From: an uncultured Kushneria sp.
Lineage (GTDB): Bacteria > Pseudomonadota > Gammaproteobacteria > Pseudomonadales > Halomonadaceae
NCBI RefSeq assembly: GCF_947497025.1
Contig: NZ_CANMFC010000010.1
Location: forward strand, 3,138-67,137
Length of the DNA: 64,000 nucleotides
Direction: 5' to 3'
The notes beneath the pieces are model-generated. The model had not been told where the DNA came from. It saw only the letters and a program-made list of their open reading frames with translations, and made no database searches. This document shows positions 43,252 to 55,593 of this stretch, piece by piece (position 1 is the stretch's first letter; each line of letters starts with the position of its first letter). Made by a program: the position numbers and the translations under genes.

Positions 43252-44314
43252 GTCGACGGCCGCCATGACCTCTCCCCAACAGGGTCGCACCTTCTATCGC
43301 ACCATGGTCCTGCGCCGTCAGGTGATCCTGCTGGGGCTTCTGGGCGCCCTGTTTTTAAGCTTTTGCGTCGATCTGGCACTTGGGCCTGCTCGATATGAGC
43401 TGACAGAGGTGCTGAGCGCGCTGCTCACGCCCGGCTCGGTCAGTGAACAGATCAGCGTCATTGTCTGGCAGATCCGTATGCCGGTGGCGCTGATGGCGAT
43501 CGTGGTTGGCGCGAGTCTCTCTATTGCCGGCGCGCAGATGCAGACCATCCTCAGCAACCCGCTGGCCAGCCCTTTTACACTGGGCATTTCGGCCGGTGCC
43601 GGGTTCGGCGCGGCGCTGGCGCTGGCCTTTGGGGTGTCGATCGTGCCGTTCGCAGTGGACTATATCGTGCCGATCAATGCGTTTCTGGTCGCCATGCTCA
43701 CGGCGCTGATGATTCACCTATTGAGCATGCGCCGGGGCGTGACGATTGAAACCATCGTGCTGCTGGGCATTGCCATGGTGTTTATCTTCAACGCGCTCAT
43801 GGCGTTGATCCAGTTCTTTGCCAGCCAGCAGGCCCTGTCGGCCGTGGTGTTCTGGACCATGGGCAGCCTGACCAAGGCGACCTGGCCCAAGGTCTGGGTA
43901 TCGCTTGCGGTACTGGCGATTGCGATTCCGCTGCTGGCCCGTCACGGCTGGGCGCTGACCGCCATGCGACTGGGCGATGCCAAGGCCGAAAGCATGGGCG
44001 TGCGGCCGCGTCGGCTCCGGCTTCAGGTGTTGATGCTGGTATCGCTGCTGGCGTCAGTGTCCGTGGCCTTTGTCGGCACGATCGGCTTTATCGGCCTGGT
44101 GGGGCCGCATATCGCGCGGATGCTGGTGGGAGAGGATCAACGCTTCTTCCTGCCGGCGTCCGCCCTCTGCGGCGCCCTGATCCTGTCGGTGGGATCAGTG
44201 ATTTCCAAGATGCTGATTCCGGGCACGGTGATTCCCATCGGCATCATCACCTCGCTGGTCGGCATTCCGTTTTTTCTCTTTCTTGTTCTCAACCAGAAGA
44301 AATCGATATGGTAA
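43244..44314 (+). CDS. FecCD-family ABC transporter permease
   Basis: 356 aa, ~10 TM, FecCD signature region (GIITSLVGIPFFLFLV at the C-terminus). Confidence 0.9.
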   Translation: MNKSTAAMTSPQQGRTFYRTMVLRRQVILLGLLGALFLSFCVDLALGPARYELTEVLSALLTPGSVSEQISVIVWQIRMPVALMAIVVGASLSIAGAQMQTILSNPLASPFTLGISAGAGFGAALALAFGVSIVPFAVDYIVPINAFLVAMLTALMIHLLSMRRGVTIETIVLLGIAMVFIFNALMALIQFFASQQALSAVVFWTMGSLTKATWPKVWVSLAVLAIAIPLLARHGWALTAMRLGDAKAESMGVRPRRLRLQVLMLVSLLASVSVAFVGTIGFIGLVGPHIARMLVGEDQRFFLPASALCGALILSVGSVISKMLIPGTVIPIGIITSLVGIPFFLFLVLNQKKSIW

Positions 44315-45057
44315 GCCTGACGCTTGAACAGGTGACCGCTCACTACGGCAAGCGTGAAGTGCTCTCGAGCATTACCACTCCGACGCTGTCGGGCGGCCAG
44401 GTGGTGGCGCTGCTGGGCCCCAATGCTGCGGGCAAGTCCACGCTGTTTCGACGCATTCTGGGGCTGCTAACCGGTGGCGGGCAGGTTCGCATCGCCGGGA
44501 CAAACGCCGAGCGCCCCGTGGCCTACATGCCACAGGAAACCCGCATCGATGCGGTGTTAAGCGTCTACGAAAGCGTTTTGCTGGCACGCATGCAGGGTCG
44601 CCGTCTCAAGGTGCAGCCCGAGGACCTGGCCCAGGTGGATGCTGCCCTTGACGAGCTCAATCTTCAGCCACTGGCCCAACGCGATATCGGGGATCTCAGC
44701 GGCGGCCAGCGTCAGCTGGTCAGTGCCGCCCAGGCGCTGGTCCAGTCTCCTGACATTCTTCTGCTGGATGAACCCACGTCCGCGCTTGACCTGCATCGCC
44801 AGATCGGGCTTTTGAGCGTGCTTCGCCGACTGGCCGAACAGCGTCAGATGCTGATCATCGTGGCTCTGCACGATCTTGGCCACGCGCTGCGCTTTGCCGA
44901 TCAGGCCATTGTGCTGGCCGGCGGCGCCCTGAAGGCATGCGGGCCGACGCGGGCCGTGGTCACCGCCGAACTCCTGCGCGAGGTCTATCAGGTCGAAGGG
45001 CGCATCGAAACCTGCTCCAGAGGCAGCCCGATGCTGGTGGTTGAGACCGCGCTTTAG
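44308..45057 (+). CDS. ABC transporter ATP-binding protein (FecE-like)
   Basis: Walker A GPNAAGKST, signature LSGGQRQ and Walker B ILLLDEP. Confidence 0.9.
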   Translation: MVSLTLEQVTAHYGKREVLSSITTPTLSGGQVVALLGPNAAGKSTLFRRILGLLTGGGQVRIAGTNAERPVAYMPQETRIDAVLSVYESVLLARMQGRRLKVQPEDLAQVDAALDELNLQPLAQRDIGDLSGGQRQLVSAAQALVQSPDILLLDEPTSALDLHRQIGLLSVLRRLAEQRQMLIIVALHDLGHALRFADQAIVLAGGALKACGPTRAVVTAELLREVYQVEGRIETCSRGSPMLVVETAL

Positions 45058-45102
45058 GCTCTGGCAACACCTGCCGGCAGGCGGCTTCGAACCGTCGAAC
45101 AG

Positions 45103-45510
45103 CTACTTCAGCACTTCCACCCTGACCGGCGCGACGCCACTGCGAATCATGCCGATCTGACTGGCCGCAGCTCGGGACAGGTCGATGATTCGCCCTTTGG
45201 AAAAGGGCCCGCGGTCATTGATGCGCACCACTGTCTGGCGCTGATTGTTCAGATTGGTCACTCGCACCCGGGTACCGAAGGCGAGCGTTCGATGGGCTGC
45301 CGTCATGGCATTTTTGTTGTAGCGTTCACCGCTGGCAGTGCGCGCACCCTGATGGCGGTCGCTGTAAAAGGAGGCCTCACCCGAGGCGGTGGCCCCCGGT
45401 GCCTCAGACAGCTGCCTGCCAGCGCACCCGGCAAGAGCGAGAAGACACAGCAGCGCCAGAAGCTGCTGCCCTTTCAGCCAGCACTTTGCCGGCATTGATA
45501 CGATCGACAT
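45103..45510 (-). CDS. rlpA: RlpA-family septal ring lytic transglycosylase lipoprotein (DPBB domain)
   Basis: Lipobox LALAGC, then [21 protein letters not shown]...[33 protein letters not shown]. Confidence 0.8.
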   Translation of the reverse strand: MSIVSMPAKCWLKGQQLLALLCLLALAGCAGRQLSEAPGATASGEASFYSDRHQGARTASGERYNKNAMTAAHRTLAFGTRVRVTNLNNQRQTVVRINDRGPFSKGRIIDLSRAAASQIGMIRSGVAPVRVEVLK

Positions 45511-45526
45511 GGCCCGTACTCTTCAT

Positions 45527-45570
45527 AAAAAAACGCACCGCAGTCTATCAGAGCTGCGGTGCGTTTTTTG
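45527..45570 (-). terminator. Intrinsic terminator after ohr (bidirectional architecture)
   Basis: AAAAAAA-CGCACCGCAG-(10 nt)-CTGCGGTGCG-TTTTTT. Confidence 0.8.
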
Positions 45571-45589
45571 ACGGGATCACACGGTGGTC

Positions 45590-45994
45590 TCAGTGACCCT
45601 TCACTTCGATATCGACCTGAATGTTGCCTCGAGTGGCCTTGGAGTACGGGCACATCTCATGCGCCTGAGCGATCAGCTTTTCCGCTTCGGCCTGGGGCAG
45701 AGCCACTTCCGCAGTCAGTTTAACCGCCAGATTGTAGTCATGATTTTCAGCATCCAGCGTGACATGAGCGGCCACCGGGATGTCATCGAGCTTGTGACCC
45801 TGCTGGCGTGCCACGCCCATGGCCGCGCTGGAGAAACAGGCAGCATAACCGGCAGCAAACAGCTGCTCCGGATTGGTGGCATCTGTACCACTGCCCGGCA
45901 TGGCGAGGTCGACATCAAGAATGCCGTCATCACTTCTGGCATGTCCCTTGCGTCCGCCGGAGACATTGACGGTGGTTTCATACATGACTGACAT
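45590..45994 (-). CDS. ohr: Organic hydroperoxide resistance protein (Ohr/OsmC family)
   Basis: 134 aa with the two Ohr cysteines in the contexts AACF and MCPYS. Start set at ATG 45994 with an AGGAAGAG RBS. Confidence 0.88.
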   Translation of the reverse strand: MSVMYETTVNVSGGRKGHARSDDGILDVDLAMPGSGTDATNPEQLFAAGYAACFSSAAMGVARQQGHKLDDIPVAAHVTLDAENHDYNLAVKLTAEVALPQAEAEKLIAQAHEMCPYSKATRGNIQVDIEVKGH

Positions 45995-46118
45995 GATGCT
46001 CTTCCTGTGTTGAAAACCTGCTGCAAGCGTAGTTGATACCGGCTCAGGACGCCTGGCCATGCAGACAAACATAAAAAAACCCTGCCGACCGGCAGGGTTT
46101 TGATGTCGATCCAGACGC

Positions 46119-47270
46119 TTATGGGCGCATGTCATCGAAAAACTTTTTCACGCCGTCAAACCAGCGGCTTTTACGCGGCGAATGGCGCGTGTCCGTGCCG
46201 TCCAGACTTTCCTGGAACTGACGCAGCAGCTGCTTTTGCTCTTCATCGAGATTGACCGGCGTTTCCAGTACCACCTTGCACATCAGATCGCCCGGTGCGC
46301 CGCCACGTACCGGCTTGACGCCCTTGCCGCGCAACCTGAAAAGCTTGCCGGTCTGGGTCTCGGGCGGAATGCGCAGCTTGACGCGACCCTCGAGCGTTGG
46401 CACTTCAAGCTCACCACCGAGGGTGGCGTCCACGAAATTGATGGGCACTTCGCAGTAGAGATCACGCCCGTCGCGTTCGAAGATGGCATGGGCCTTGATG
46501 GCCACCTGCACATACAGATCGCCTGCCGGGCCACCGTTCACGCCGGCCTCACCTTCACCGTTGAGACGAATGCGATCACCGGTATCGACGCCGGCCGGAA
46601 TCTTGACCGACAGGGTCCGCGTCTCCTGAACGCGCCCTTCACCGTGGCACTTGCGGCACGGCGTATCCACCATCTGCCCCTGGCCATGACAGGTCGGGCA
46701 GGGCTGCTGCACGGCAAAAAAGCCCTGCTGCATGCGAACCTGACCCATGCCGTTACAGGTGGAGCAGGTGCGCTTGCTGGTACCGGGTTCGGCGCAGTCA
46801 CCGTGACAGCGATCGCATTCCACCAGCCGCGGCACGCGAATATCGACCGTCGTGCCGGCAACGGCCTCTTCCAGATCGATTTCCAGGTTGTAGCGCAGGT
46901 CACTGCCACGCGCGGCACCACCCGGGCCACGCCGTCCGCCGGCACCCCCGAAGATGTCGCCGAACACGTCACCAAAGATATCGCTGAAACCGCCTGAGCC
47001 ACCGGCACCACCAAAGCCACCGCCGCCAAAGCCGCCGCCCTGACCATCAACGCCGGCATGACCGAACTGGTCGTAGGCCGCCCGCTTGTCACTGTCGGCT
47101 AATACTTCATAGGCGTCAGAGACCTCTCGAAACTTCTCGGCAGCCGTCTCATCATCAGGGTTGCGATCGGGATGATACTTCTGTGCCAGGCGACGATAGG
47201 CCTTCTTGATTTCCTTGTCGTCGGCGCCGCGCTCGACGCCGAGGACCTCATAATAGTCACGCTTGGACAT
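46119..47270 (-). CDS. dnaJ: Molecular chaperone DnaJ
   Basis: J domain with HPD, a G/F-rich linker and four CxxCxGxG zinc motifs. Confidence 0.96.
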   Translation of the reverse strand: MSKRDYYEVLGVERGADDKEIKKAYRRLAQKYHPDRNPDDETAAEKFREVSDAYEVLADSDKRAAYDQFGHAGVDGQGGGFGGGGFGGAGGSGGFSDIFGDVFGDIFGGAGGRRGPGGAARGSDLRYNLEIDLEEAVAGTTVDIRVPRLVECDRCHGDCAEPGTSKRTCSTCNGMGQVRMQQGFFAVQQPCPTCHGQGQMVDTPCRKCHGEGRVQETRTLSVKIPAGVDTGDRIRLNGEGEAGVNGGPAGDLYVQVAIKAHAIFERDGRDLYCEVPINFVDATLGGELEVPTLEGRVKLRIPPETQTGKLFRLRGKGVKPVRGGAPGDLMCKVVLETPVNLDEEQKQLLRQFQESLDGTDTRHSPRKSRWFDGVKKFFDDMRP

Positions 47271-47302
47271 GGTCTAACGAATCCTCCGAAGTCTGACACC
47301 TG

Positions 47303-47336
47303 CAAAAACAACGCGGGAGCAAGGCTCCCGCGTTGT
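47303..47336 (-). terminator. Intercistronic hairpin/partial terminator between dnaK and dnaJ
   Basis: Minus-strand ACAACGCGGGAGCC-ttg-CTCCCGCGTTGT followed by TTTTGC. Confidence 0.55.
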
Positions 47337-47357
47337 ACAGATCAGGCGTGGAAAACC

Positions 47358-49280
<1,923 letters not shown>

Positions 49281-49353
49281 AGTGTCACCTCGAAAAATCT
49301 TTTGAACCAGAATTGCTGTCGATGCGCAGCCAACGCTGCGTGTATGTCTACCT

Positions 49354-49381
49354 ATGTGTGGGCATTACGCTGCTTTTCAAG
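49354..49381 (-). promoter_or_regulatory. Candidate sigma32 heat-shock promoter of dnaKJ
   Basis: Minus-strand TCTTGAA-N13-CCCACACAT versus consensus CTTGAA-N13-17-CCCCATNT. Confidence 0.6.
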
Positions 49382-49425
49382 ACCCCACACGTATCGTTGT
49401 CGACAAATCATCCGAAACCGGGTAA

Positions 49426-50052
49426 TCAGGCCTGCTTGCTCACCACCACCATGGCCGGACGCACCAGGCGACCATTGAGCGTGTATCCCTTCTGCATGAC
49501 GTCCATGACCGTATTGGGATCCAGCTCCGGATTGGCCACCTGCGTCATGGCTTCATGGTACTGGGGATCGAAGGGCTCGCCGTGCGGGTCGATCTGCTCG
49601 ACGCCAAACTTTCCGAGAACGTCCAGCTGCATCCGAAGGGTCATGGACACGCCTTCACGATGCGTCTCGCTGACATCCTCGCTCATGCTTTCAAGGCCCT
49701 TTTCGAGGCTGTCCACGACCGGCAGCAGCTCCTTGACGAACTTTTCCAGCGCAAACTTTTTGGCCTTCTCGGCATCCTGCTCGGCACGGCGGCGTACGTT
49801 TTGCGCTTCGGCCGCAGCCCGAACCTGCTGGTCCTTCGCCTGCGCCAGCTCCTGCTCGAGCTCTGCCACGCGCCCGGCCAGAACGTCGGCTTCCTGCTCG
49901 CTCTGGCTCAGTACGGCATCGTCGTCCGAGGCCAGCTCGCCTTCGATATCCTCGAGAGTATCCGTATTGTCGGTGTCAAGCGGTTGCGGCTCGCCTTCGC
50001 GCTCGGCACGCTCGAGTTCTTCATCCCTTGGATCATGCGGCTTGTTGGTCAT
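49426..50052 (-). CDS. grpE: Nucleotide exchange factor GrpE
   Basis: Acidic N-terminus, then a coiled coil and the C-terminal [16 protein letters not shown] motif. Start set at ATG 50052 with an AGGAG RBS. Confidence 0.92.
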   Translation of the reverse strand: MTNKPHDPRDEELERAEREGEPQPLDTDNTDTLEDIEGELASDDDAVLSQSEQEADVLAGRVAELEQELAQAKDQQVRAAAEAQNVRRRAEQDAEKAKKFALEKFVKELLPVVDSLEKGLESMSEDVSETHREGVSMTLRMQLDVLGKFGVEQIDPHGEPFDPQYHEAMTQVANPELDPNTVMDVMQKGYTLNGRLVRPAMVVVSKQA

Positions 50053-50175
50053 ACCCCACTCCTGACTCGCTGTGTCTACCATTTGAATCATGGCGCTCAT
50101 TTTGCGCGGGCATACGCGACCGGCTGTCAGTGCGTCATCCTGTAGAGCGACATTCATGCTGAAAACTGTTTACCC

Positions 50176-50204
50176 AGATGGGGCATTCGGGTCGCAATCT
50201 CAAG
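50176..50204 (-). promoter_or_regulatory. Candidate sigma32 heat-shock promoter of grpE
   Basis: Minus-strand CTTGAG-N15-CCCCATCT. Confidence 0.65.
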
Positions 50205-50257
50205 GCATGACGACGATGAAATTACCAATTCAGGGTATTGAAGCCCGTTCAGAGCAG

Positions 50258-50292
50258 CTGTATAAAAACACATTCACTGTATATAAAATCAG
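50258..50292 (+). promoter_or_regulatory. Tandem LexA (SOS) boxes upstream of recN
   Basis: 50277-50292 CTGTATATAAAATCAG is a perfect CTG-N10-CAG. 50258-50273 CTGTATAAAAACACAT is an imperfect one. E. coli recN also has multiple SOS boxes. Confidence 0.7.
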
Positions 50293-50342
50293 TCTCCATC
50301 CACTAAACCCAGTCATTTGCGACACCGCACACGGGAGTGGCC

Positions 50343-52016
50343 ATGCTGTCTCAGCTATCCATCAGTAACTACGCCATCGTTGAACATCTGGAACTGGATT
50401 TCCGGGATGGCATGACGGCCATCACCGGCGAAACCGGTGCCGGCAAGTCCATTCTTCTGGATGCCCTGTCGCTTTGTCTGGGAGAAAGAGCCGATGCCGG
50501 CAGCGTGCGCCATGGCGCTTCGCGGGCCGATCTGGCTGTGCGCTTTGATGTCGAGAAACTACCAGAGGCACGCACCTGGCTTGCCGAGCGCGACCTCGAC
50601 GATACGGAGTGCCTGATGCGACGCTCGGTTACCGCCAACGGTCGCTCGAAGGCCTGGATCAACGGCGTACCGGCCACGCTTGCCGATCTCAAGGTGCTCA
50701 GCGAACATCTGATTGATATCCACGGTCAGCATGCCCATCAGACCCTGATGCGTGAGGAAACGCACCTGCGCCTGCTGGACGATTTTGCAGGCCACAGCGA
50801 GAAGGTCGAACAGCTCACGCAGATCTATCGCCAGTGGCAACAGGCCAGCCGCCGACTGAAAAATGCACGGGAAAGCGGTGACGAGCAGCAGGCTCGCTGT
50901 CAGCTGCTGCGCTATCAGGTTGAAGAACTCGATGCGCTGGCACTGGGTGAAGAAGAGCTTTCGGCACTTGAAGAGGAACAGACCCGTCTGGCCAATGCCG
51001 AAGAGCTTATCACCCAGGCACAGTTCGCCGCGGACTGTTGCGACGACGATGAGAGTGGCGCCCTGCCCCGGCTGACTCAGGCCAGACAGCGACTGGAGCA
51101 GTTGCCCGGCAGCGATAGCGGCGCTCTGGCCAACATTCTGGGTATGCTGGGGGATGCCTGCATTCAGCTGCAGGAAGCAGGCTATGAGCTGCATCGCTAC
51201 GTCAATGCTACCGAACTGGACCCTGATCGTCTGATGACGGTCGAGTCACGTCTGGCCGAAATTCACCGCATTGCACGCAAGCACCACGTCATGCCCGAGG
51301 AAGTACCGGCGCTGCATCAACGCCTGCAGGCGGAGCTTGCCGATCTTCAGGAGGGCGGGGAAGACATGGAGACGCTGGTCGAGGCCACAGAAACCGCGCG
51401 CAACGCCTGGCGCGAGCTGGCGCGCCAGATCTCCGAACAGCGTATCGAGGCGGCACGCCGCATGGGCGAGGAAGTGAAGTCCCAGCTGGCCTTTCTGGGC
51501 ATGGAAAAGGCAGACTTTACCGTTGATGTCGCGCACAGGGAGACGGCACAGCCCGACGGGATGGACCGGGTCAGCTTTTTGATCAGCGCCAACCCCGGGC
51601 AACCGGCACGTGCCCTGACGCGGGTGGCATCGGGCGGCGAACTGTCCCGCGTCAGTCTTGCCATCCAGGTGGTTGCCGCACAACACAGCACCATTCCGAC
51701 ACTGGTCTTTGACGAGGTGGACGTGGGCATTTCAGGCGCCACGGCAGAAATCGTCGGACAGCTGCTGCGTCAACTGGGCAGTCACGGTCAGATTCTCTGC
51801 GTCACGCACCTGCCTCAGGTCGCCGCGCAGGGACATCAGCATCTGCATATCGAAAAGCAGGCGGATGAGCGCACCACGCATACCACCATGGCACTGCTTG
51901 ATGAGGGTGGGCGTGTACGAGAACTGGCGCGAATGCTGGGGGGCGTACACCTTTCAGAGCGCACGCTGGCCCATGCCCGCGAGATGCTGGACGTCAGCCA
52001 ACGATCCGCCCATTAG
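50343..52016 (+). CDS. recN: DNA repair protein RecN
   Basis: MLSQLSISNYAIVEHLELDF, Walker A GETGAGKS and an SMC-like coiled coil. Start set at ATG 50343 (GGGAG RBS). Confidence 0.94.
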   Translation: MLSQLSISNYAIVEHLELDFRDGMTAITGETGAGKSILLDALSLCLGERADAGSVRHGASRADLAVRFDVEKLPEARTWLAERDLDDTECLMRRSVTANGRSKAWINGVPATLADLKVLSEHLIDIHGQHAHQTLMREETHLRLLDDFAGHSEKVEQLTQIYRQWQQASRRLKNARESGDEQQARCQLLRYQVEELDALALGEEELSALEEEQTRLANAEELITQAQFAADCCDDDESGALPRLTQARQRLEQLPGSDSGALANILGMLGDACIQLQEAGYELHRYVNATELDPDRLMTVESRLAEIHRIARKHHVMPEEVPALHQRLQAELADLQEGGEDMETLVEATETARNAWRELARQISEQRIEAARRMGEEVKSQLAFLGMEKADFTVDVAHRETAQPDGMDRVSFLISANPGQPARALTRVASGGELSRVSLAIQVVAAQHSTIPTLVFDEVDVGISGATAEIVGQLLRQLGSHGQILCVTHLPQVAAQGHQHLHIEKQADERTTHTTMALLDEGGRVRELARMLGGVHLSERTLAHAREMLDVSQRSAH

Positions 52017-52040
52017 AAGGGCCTTCGATTTACCGACGTC

Positions 52041-52068
52041 AAAACGCCGCGAACATTCGCGGCGTTTT
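52041..52068. terminator. Bidirectional terminator between recN and fur
   Basis: AAAA-CGCCGCG-aacatt-CGCGGCG-TTTT. Confidence 0.7.
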
Positions 52069-52098
52069 CATGATCACCCAGGTCTTCGTCGCCTCTGA

Positions 52099-52551
52099 TC
52101 AGCGGCGATTGCCACCGCCATCCTGACGCGTCGCACTGGACCCCTTGGGGCGAACATAAAGCACGAGGGCGTGATCGACCAGCTCGTAGCCGCGCTCTTC
52201 GGCAAGCTCGCGCTGACGGCGTTCGATATCGCGATCAAAGAACTCGACGACTTCGCCCGTTTCCAGACACAGCATATGATCGTGATGTTCTTCCTGAGAC
52301 ATTTCGAATACAGCATGGCCGCCGTCAAAATTATGACGTACAACAAGGCCTGCAGATTCGAACTGTGTCAGAACACGATAAACGGTGGCCAGACCGACGT
52401 CTTCACCGGAATCCAGCAGCGCCTTGTAGACGTCTTCAGCGCTCATGTGCAGATCCTCTTCCCGAGTCGCCTCGAGGATCTGAAGGATTTTTACGCGGGG
52501 CAGGGTCACCTTGAGGCCCGCCTTGCGTAATTCCTGATTTCTATCGGCCAT
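52099..52551 (-). CDS. fur: Ferric uptake regulator
   Basis: MADRNQELRKAGLKVTLPRVKILQILE and the HHDH/C metal-site region. Start set at the internal ATG 52551. Confidence 0.93.
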   Translation of the reverse strand: MADRNQELRKAGLKVTLPRVKILQILEATREEDLHMSAEDVYKALLDSGEDVGLATVYRVLTQFESAGLVVRHNFDGGHAVFEMSQEEHHDHMLCLETGEVVEFFDRDIERRQRELAEERGYELVDHALVLYVRPKGSSATRQDGGGNRR

Positions 52552-52624
52552 GGTAGCTCTTCGCAGTCTCTGGATGTATCGGGTATGATCGATCAAGGCA
52601 AACGATAGGGAAAGTCCCAGGCAA

Positions 52625-53065
52625 ATGCAAAACACGCTCAAGATTATAATTTTTTCTTTTCTGATCAGCCTGTTAGCGGCGTGCGTTTATAAGCGCGACC
52701 TGCCACAGGGCAATCTGATCACTCCTGACATGGTGTCGCAGCTGCAGCCCGGCATGAGCCGTCAGCAGGTGGTACAGGTCATGGGGAGCCCTTTGATGTA
52801 CAACGCCTTTGACGATTCACACTGGAATTATGTCTATCGGCTGAAGGATGCTGACGACAATATCACTGAAAAGCAGGTTTCGCTCGTCTTTAATGGCAAT
52901 CAACTGGCGGAGATTCAGACCGCCGGCGATATCGATGCCAGCCCCCGGACCCAGCAGGGTGACGCCCCTGCGTCAGCCGCCGCAGCCGGTCCTGGAGAGG
53001 TCGTCTCTCCGATGGGCCAGCCAACATCAAATCCCGAAGGTGGCGCGGCGGATCCGGCCCTGTAG
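52625..53065 (+). CDS. bamE: Outer membrane protein assembly factor BamE (SmpA/OmlA)
   Basis: Lipobox LLAAC, then QGNLITPDMVSQLQPGMSRQQVVQVMGSP. Divergent from fur, as in E. coli. Confidence 0.88.
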   Translation: MQNTLKIIIFSFLISLLAACVYKRDLPQGNLITPDMVSQLQPGMSRQQVVQVMGSPLMYNAFDDSHWNYVYRLKDADDNITEKQVSLVFNGNQLAEIQTAGDIDASPRTQQGDAPASAAAAGPGEVVSPMGQPTSNPEGGAADPAL

Positions 53066-53088
53066 GTCATCGACTGGATAACCGGCAT

Positions 53089-53397
53089 TCAGACCTTTCG
53101 TCGGGCCCGGGCCCGACGAGCCTGCTTCGGGTCAACCTGTAGTGGCCTGTAAATCTCGATGCGATCCCCTTGATGCACTGGCTGATCGGCGGGCGATTTT
53201 ACATGCTCGCCGAATATCCCCAGCTTCAACGTATTGAGAGGCACATTCCTCAATTCGCTTACTCGATTGCAAAAACCCGAAGTTTCGAGCGCACCCAGCA
53301 CCGTGGTACCCAAAGGTACCGTGATGATTTCGAGATACTGTGACTCCGGTGTCGCCCAGACGACCTCGCAGGTAATGTATTTCTCTTCGTCATGCAT
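53089..53397 (-). CDS. rnfH: RnfH-family ubiquitin-like protein
   Basis: 102 aa matching the conserved RnfH/YfjF family. Follows ratA with a 1-nt overlap. Confidence 0.85.
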   Translation of the reverse strand: MHDEEKYITCEVVWATPESQYLEIITVPLGTTVLGALETSGFCNRVSELRNVPLNTLKLGIFGEHVKSPADQPVHQGDRIEIYRPLQVDPKQARRARARRKV

Positions 53398-53831
53398 TAG
53401 CGTCCGTACACCCTGTCTGCCCGCTCGATAAAGGCATCCACCAGCTGGCCCGCCAGCTGATTGAAAAGGCGTCCAAAGGCCATCCCCAAAAGCCGGCTGG
53501 AAAACTCGAACTCCAGATGCAGCTCTACCCGGCAGGAGCGATCATCAAGGGCGACAAACTTCCAGTACCCCTCAAAACGCCTGAAGGGTCCGCTGGCCAG
53601 GGACAGATCAATGCGATCAAAGGGTTTGAGCGCATTGTGGGTGCGAAAGGTCTGTTCTATCCCTCCCTTGCCCAGGGTCAGTTCCCCTACCAGATGATCG
53701 TCTTTTCTTTCGACCGTACGCGCGTTGCGACAGTTGGGAAGAAATTCTGGATAGCGTTCAAAATCATTCACCAGCTCAAACATCTGCTGATCGGTATGGC
53801 GCACCATCGCGGAGCGATCAACGGTGGGCAT
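53397..53831 (-). CDS. ratA: SRPBCC-family RatA/YfjG (Coq10-like) protein
   Basis: VNDFERYPEFLPNC motif. Start set at ATG 53831 (GGGAGAAGGG RBS). Divergent from smpB, as in E. coli. Confidence 0.85.
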   Translation of the reverse strand: MPTVDRSAMVRHTDQQMFELVNDFERYPEFLPNCRNARTVERKDDHLVGELTLGKGGIEQTFRTHNALKPFDRIDLSLASGPFRRFEGYWKFVALDDRSCRVELHLEFEFSSRLLGMAFGRLFNQLAGQLVDAFIERADRVYGR

Positions 53832-53984
53832 GCCCTTCTCCCATGACGCAGGCACGCTCAGCGCGTACCATGGTTGACGTTTGTTCACACATACTTGAAT
53901 GATATCACGCCTCCCCCCATTTCAAGGTGAGCACGCGCATGTGATGTATTGCATGATCTTTATAGTCAAGGAGATGACATTTCG

Positions 53985-54461
53985 ATGGGCAAGAAGAAAC
54001 AACAGCCCTCAGGCAACCTGATTGCCCAGAACCGCAAGGCGCGCCATGAGTACCACATCGAAGAGAGCTTCGAAGCAGGGCTTGCTTTATCCGGGTGGGA
54101 AGTCAAAAGCCTGCGCGCCGGCAAGGCACAGCTGACCGATACCTATATTCTGGTGCGTCGTGGCGAAGCCTGGCTCATGGGCGCCCATTTTACGCCTTTG
54201 AACACGACCAGCACTCATGAAGTGGCGGAACCAGCCAGAACGCGCAAGCTGCTGCTACATAGAAAGGAAATTGCCAAAATTTTTTCACGCACGCAGGACA
54301 AGGGACATACCTGTGTCCCGTTGAGGCTTTACTGGAAAGGGCATCTGGTCAAATGCGAGCTGGCACTGGTGGTCGGCAAACAAAAGCATGACAAGCGAGA
54401 AACCGAAAAACAACGGGACTGGCAGCGGCAGAAGGCGCGTGTGGTACGCGAGCAGCGTTAA
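53985..54461 (+). CDS. smpB: SsrA-binding protein SmpB
   Basis: [15 protein letters not shown] and GWEVKSLR motifs with a basic C-terminal tail. Start set at ATG 53985. Confidence 0.95.
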   Translation: MGKKKQQPSGNLIAQNRKARHEYHIEESFEAGLALSGWEVKSLRAGKAQLTDTYILVRRGEAWLMGAHFTPLNTTSTHEVAEPARTRKLLLHRKEIAKIFSRTQDKGHTCVPLRLYWKGHLVKCELALVVGKQKHDKRETEKQRDWQRQKARVVREQR

Positions 54462-54572
54462 TCAACCGGGAAACCCTGCAACGGCATGGCAGCAGTACGC
54501 GCAGAATCAGGTATTTCAGTACCGATAGCAATTGGCGCTCACTTCAATTATTGCTACACTGTGTATTGATCT

Positions 54573-54954
54573 GGGGGCGTTATGGATTCGACGCCGGTTG
54601 CAGATCCTGAGGTGCATGCCGAGAGCGTAACGTATCTCGTAAATCCCACGTTACTTTAAAATAGTCGCAAATGACGAAAACTATGCTCAAGAGGGCGCGC
54701 TGGCAGCTTAAACCCTGCTGGTAACCTTCTTACCCCGAAGCGATGTGCCTGTTCATCGTAACGGGGCTATGAGCTACAGCTGACAGGATCGTGGTTGGCT
54801 TTGTTCTCGCGTCAACCGCTAAACATTAGAGAGCCCGCTGTATCGGATCCTGCTCGTCGGAGCCGATATGGTTAAACCAAAAGACGAATCTAAGCATGTA
54901 GAGCTGATGGACGAGTGCCGGCGGACGGGGGTTCAACTCCCCCCGCCTCCACCA
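54573..54954 (+). ncRNA. ssrA: tmRNA (SsrA)
   Basis: 5' GGGGGCG pairs with 3' CGCCUCC-ACCA, including the G3-U alanine identity pair, and a T-arm GGGGGTTCAACTCCCCC is present. The tag reading frame from GCA 54667 to TAA 54709-54711 encodes ANDENYAQEGALAA. Confidence 0.95.
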
Positions 54955-54960
54955 AACATC

Positions 54961-54995
54961 AAAAAAGCCGCTGAGCAATCAGCGGCTTTTTTTTA
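54961..54995 (+). terminator. ssrA intrinsic terminator
   Basis: AGCCGCTGA-gcaa-TCAGCGGCT followed by TTTTTTTT. Confidence 0.85.
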
Positions 54996-55593
54996 TTTTG
55001 CGCTTTTCAATCAGTTACTTAACCTCTGCCGATTATATATTAATTTAATCAATCCCAAGATCAAAAAGAATTTCCAATCAGTAACAATGGGAACTTTAAT
55101 CTTCATAATCACTCGCCCTACCAGGAATAATGCACCAAACTTGACCGGACCCCTCAGATACATTGAAACCTTATGAGGATCGTCACTTTGCGCGTTCCAG
55201 CCTACCTGTCTGGGCGTACCACACGATTTAATGTCGTGGACCATGAATATTTTTTTAATTACCCCGAATGGCAGCGGTAATTATGCAGAAAGTAACAAAA
55301 GATACACAACGTGACCTGCAACACCACTTCGGCACATCCCGGTGGTGAACACGCTGCCAATATGACGCTATCGCAGCTAATACCTATCGGACTGATGTTT
55401 TCCCTGGATGGCGCCGTACCATTTTTCAGATCAAACTGAAAATTTTACGACTACCTTCATAAACGGTTCAGCGAACTATATTTATTCGTTAACCGGCAAG
55501 GTTGTTCATGGCCAATACAGGACATCATCCGATGCAACAACCCAATCAAATGGGCAGCTGTCTCGCAGGGTATCCAAGAATGAAGGAGGGCAT

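Noticed and set aside
53089-53831. ratA-rnfH as a toxin-antitoxin or defence module
   Set aside because: This pair, divergent from smpB-ssrA, is a conserved core arrangement in gammaproteobacteria. RatA is an SRPBCC/Coq10-like protein and RnfH a ubiquitin-fold protein. Nothing here suggests a mobile TA or defence locus.
54868-55176. 102-aa + strand ORF, and the 77-aa minus-strand ORF at 55011-55244
   Set aside because: The + ORF starts inside the 3' domain of tmRNA and reads through its terminator. The 77-aa minus-strand ORF lies in AT-rich DNA with no RBS and ends at the ssrA terminator. It might be a gene remnant, but I cannot support it.
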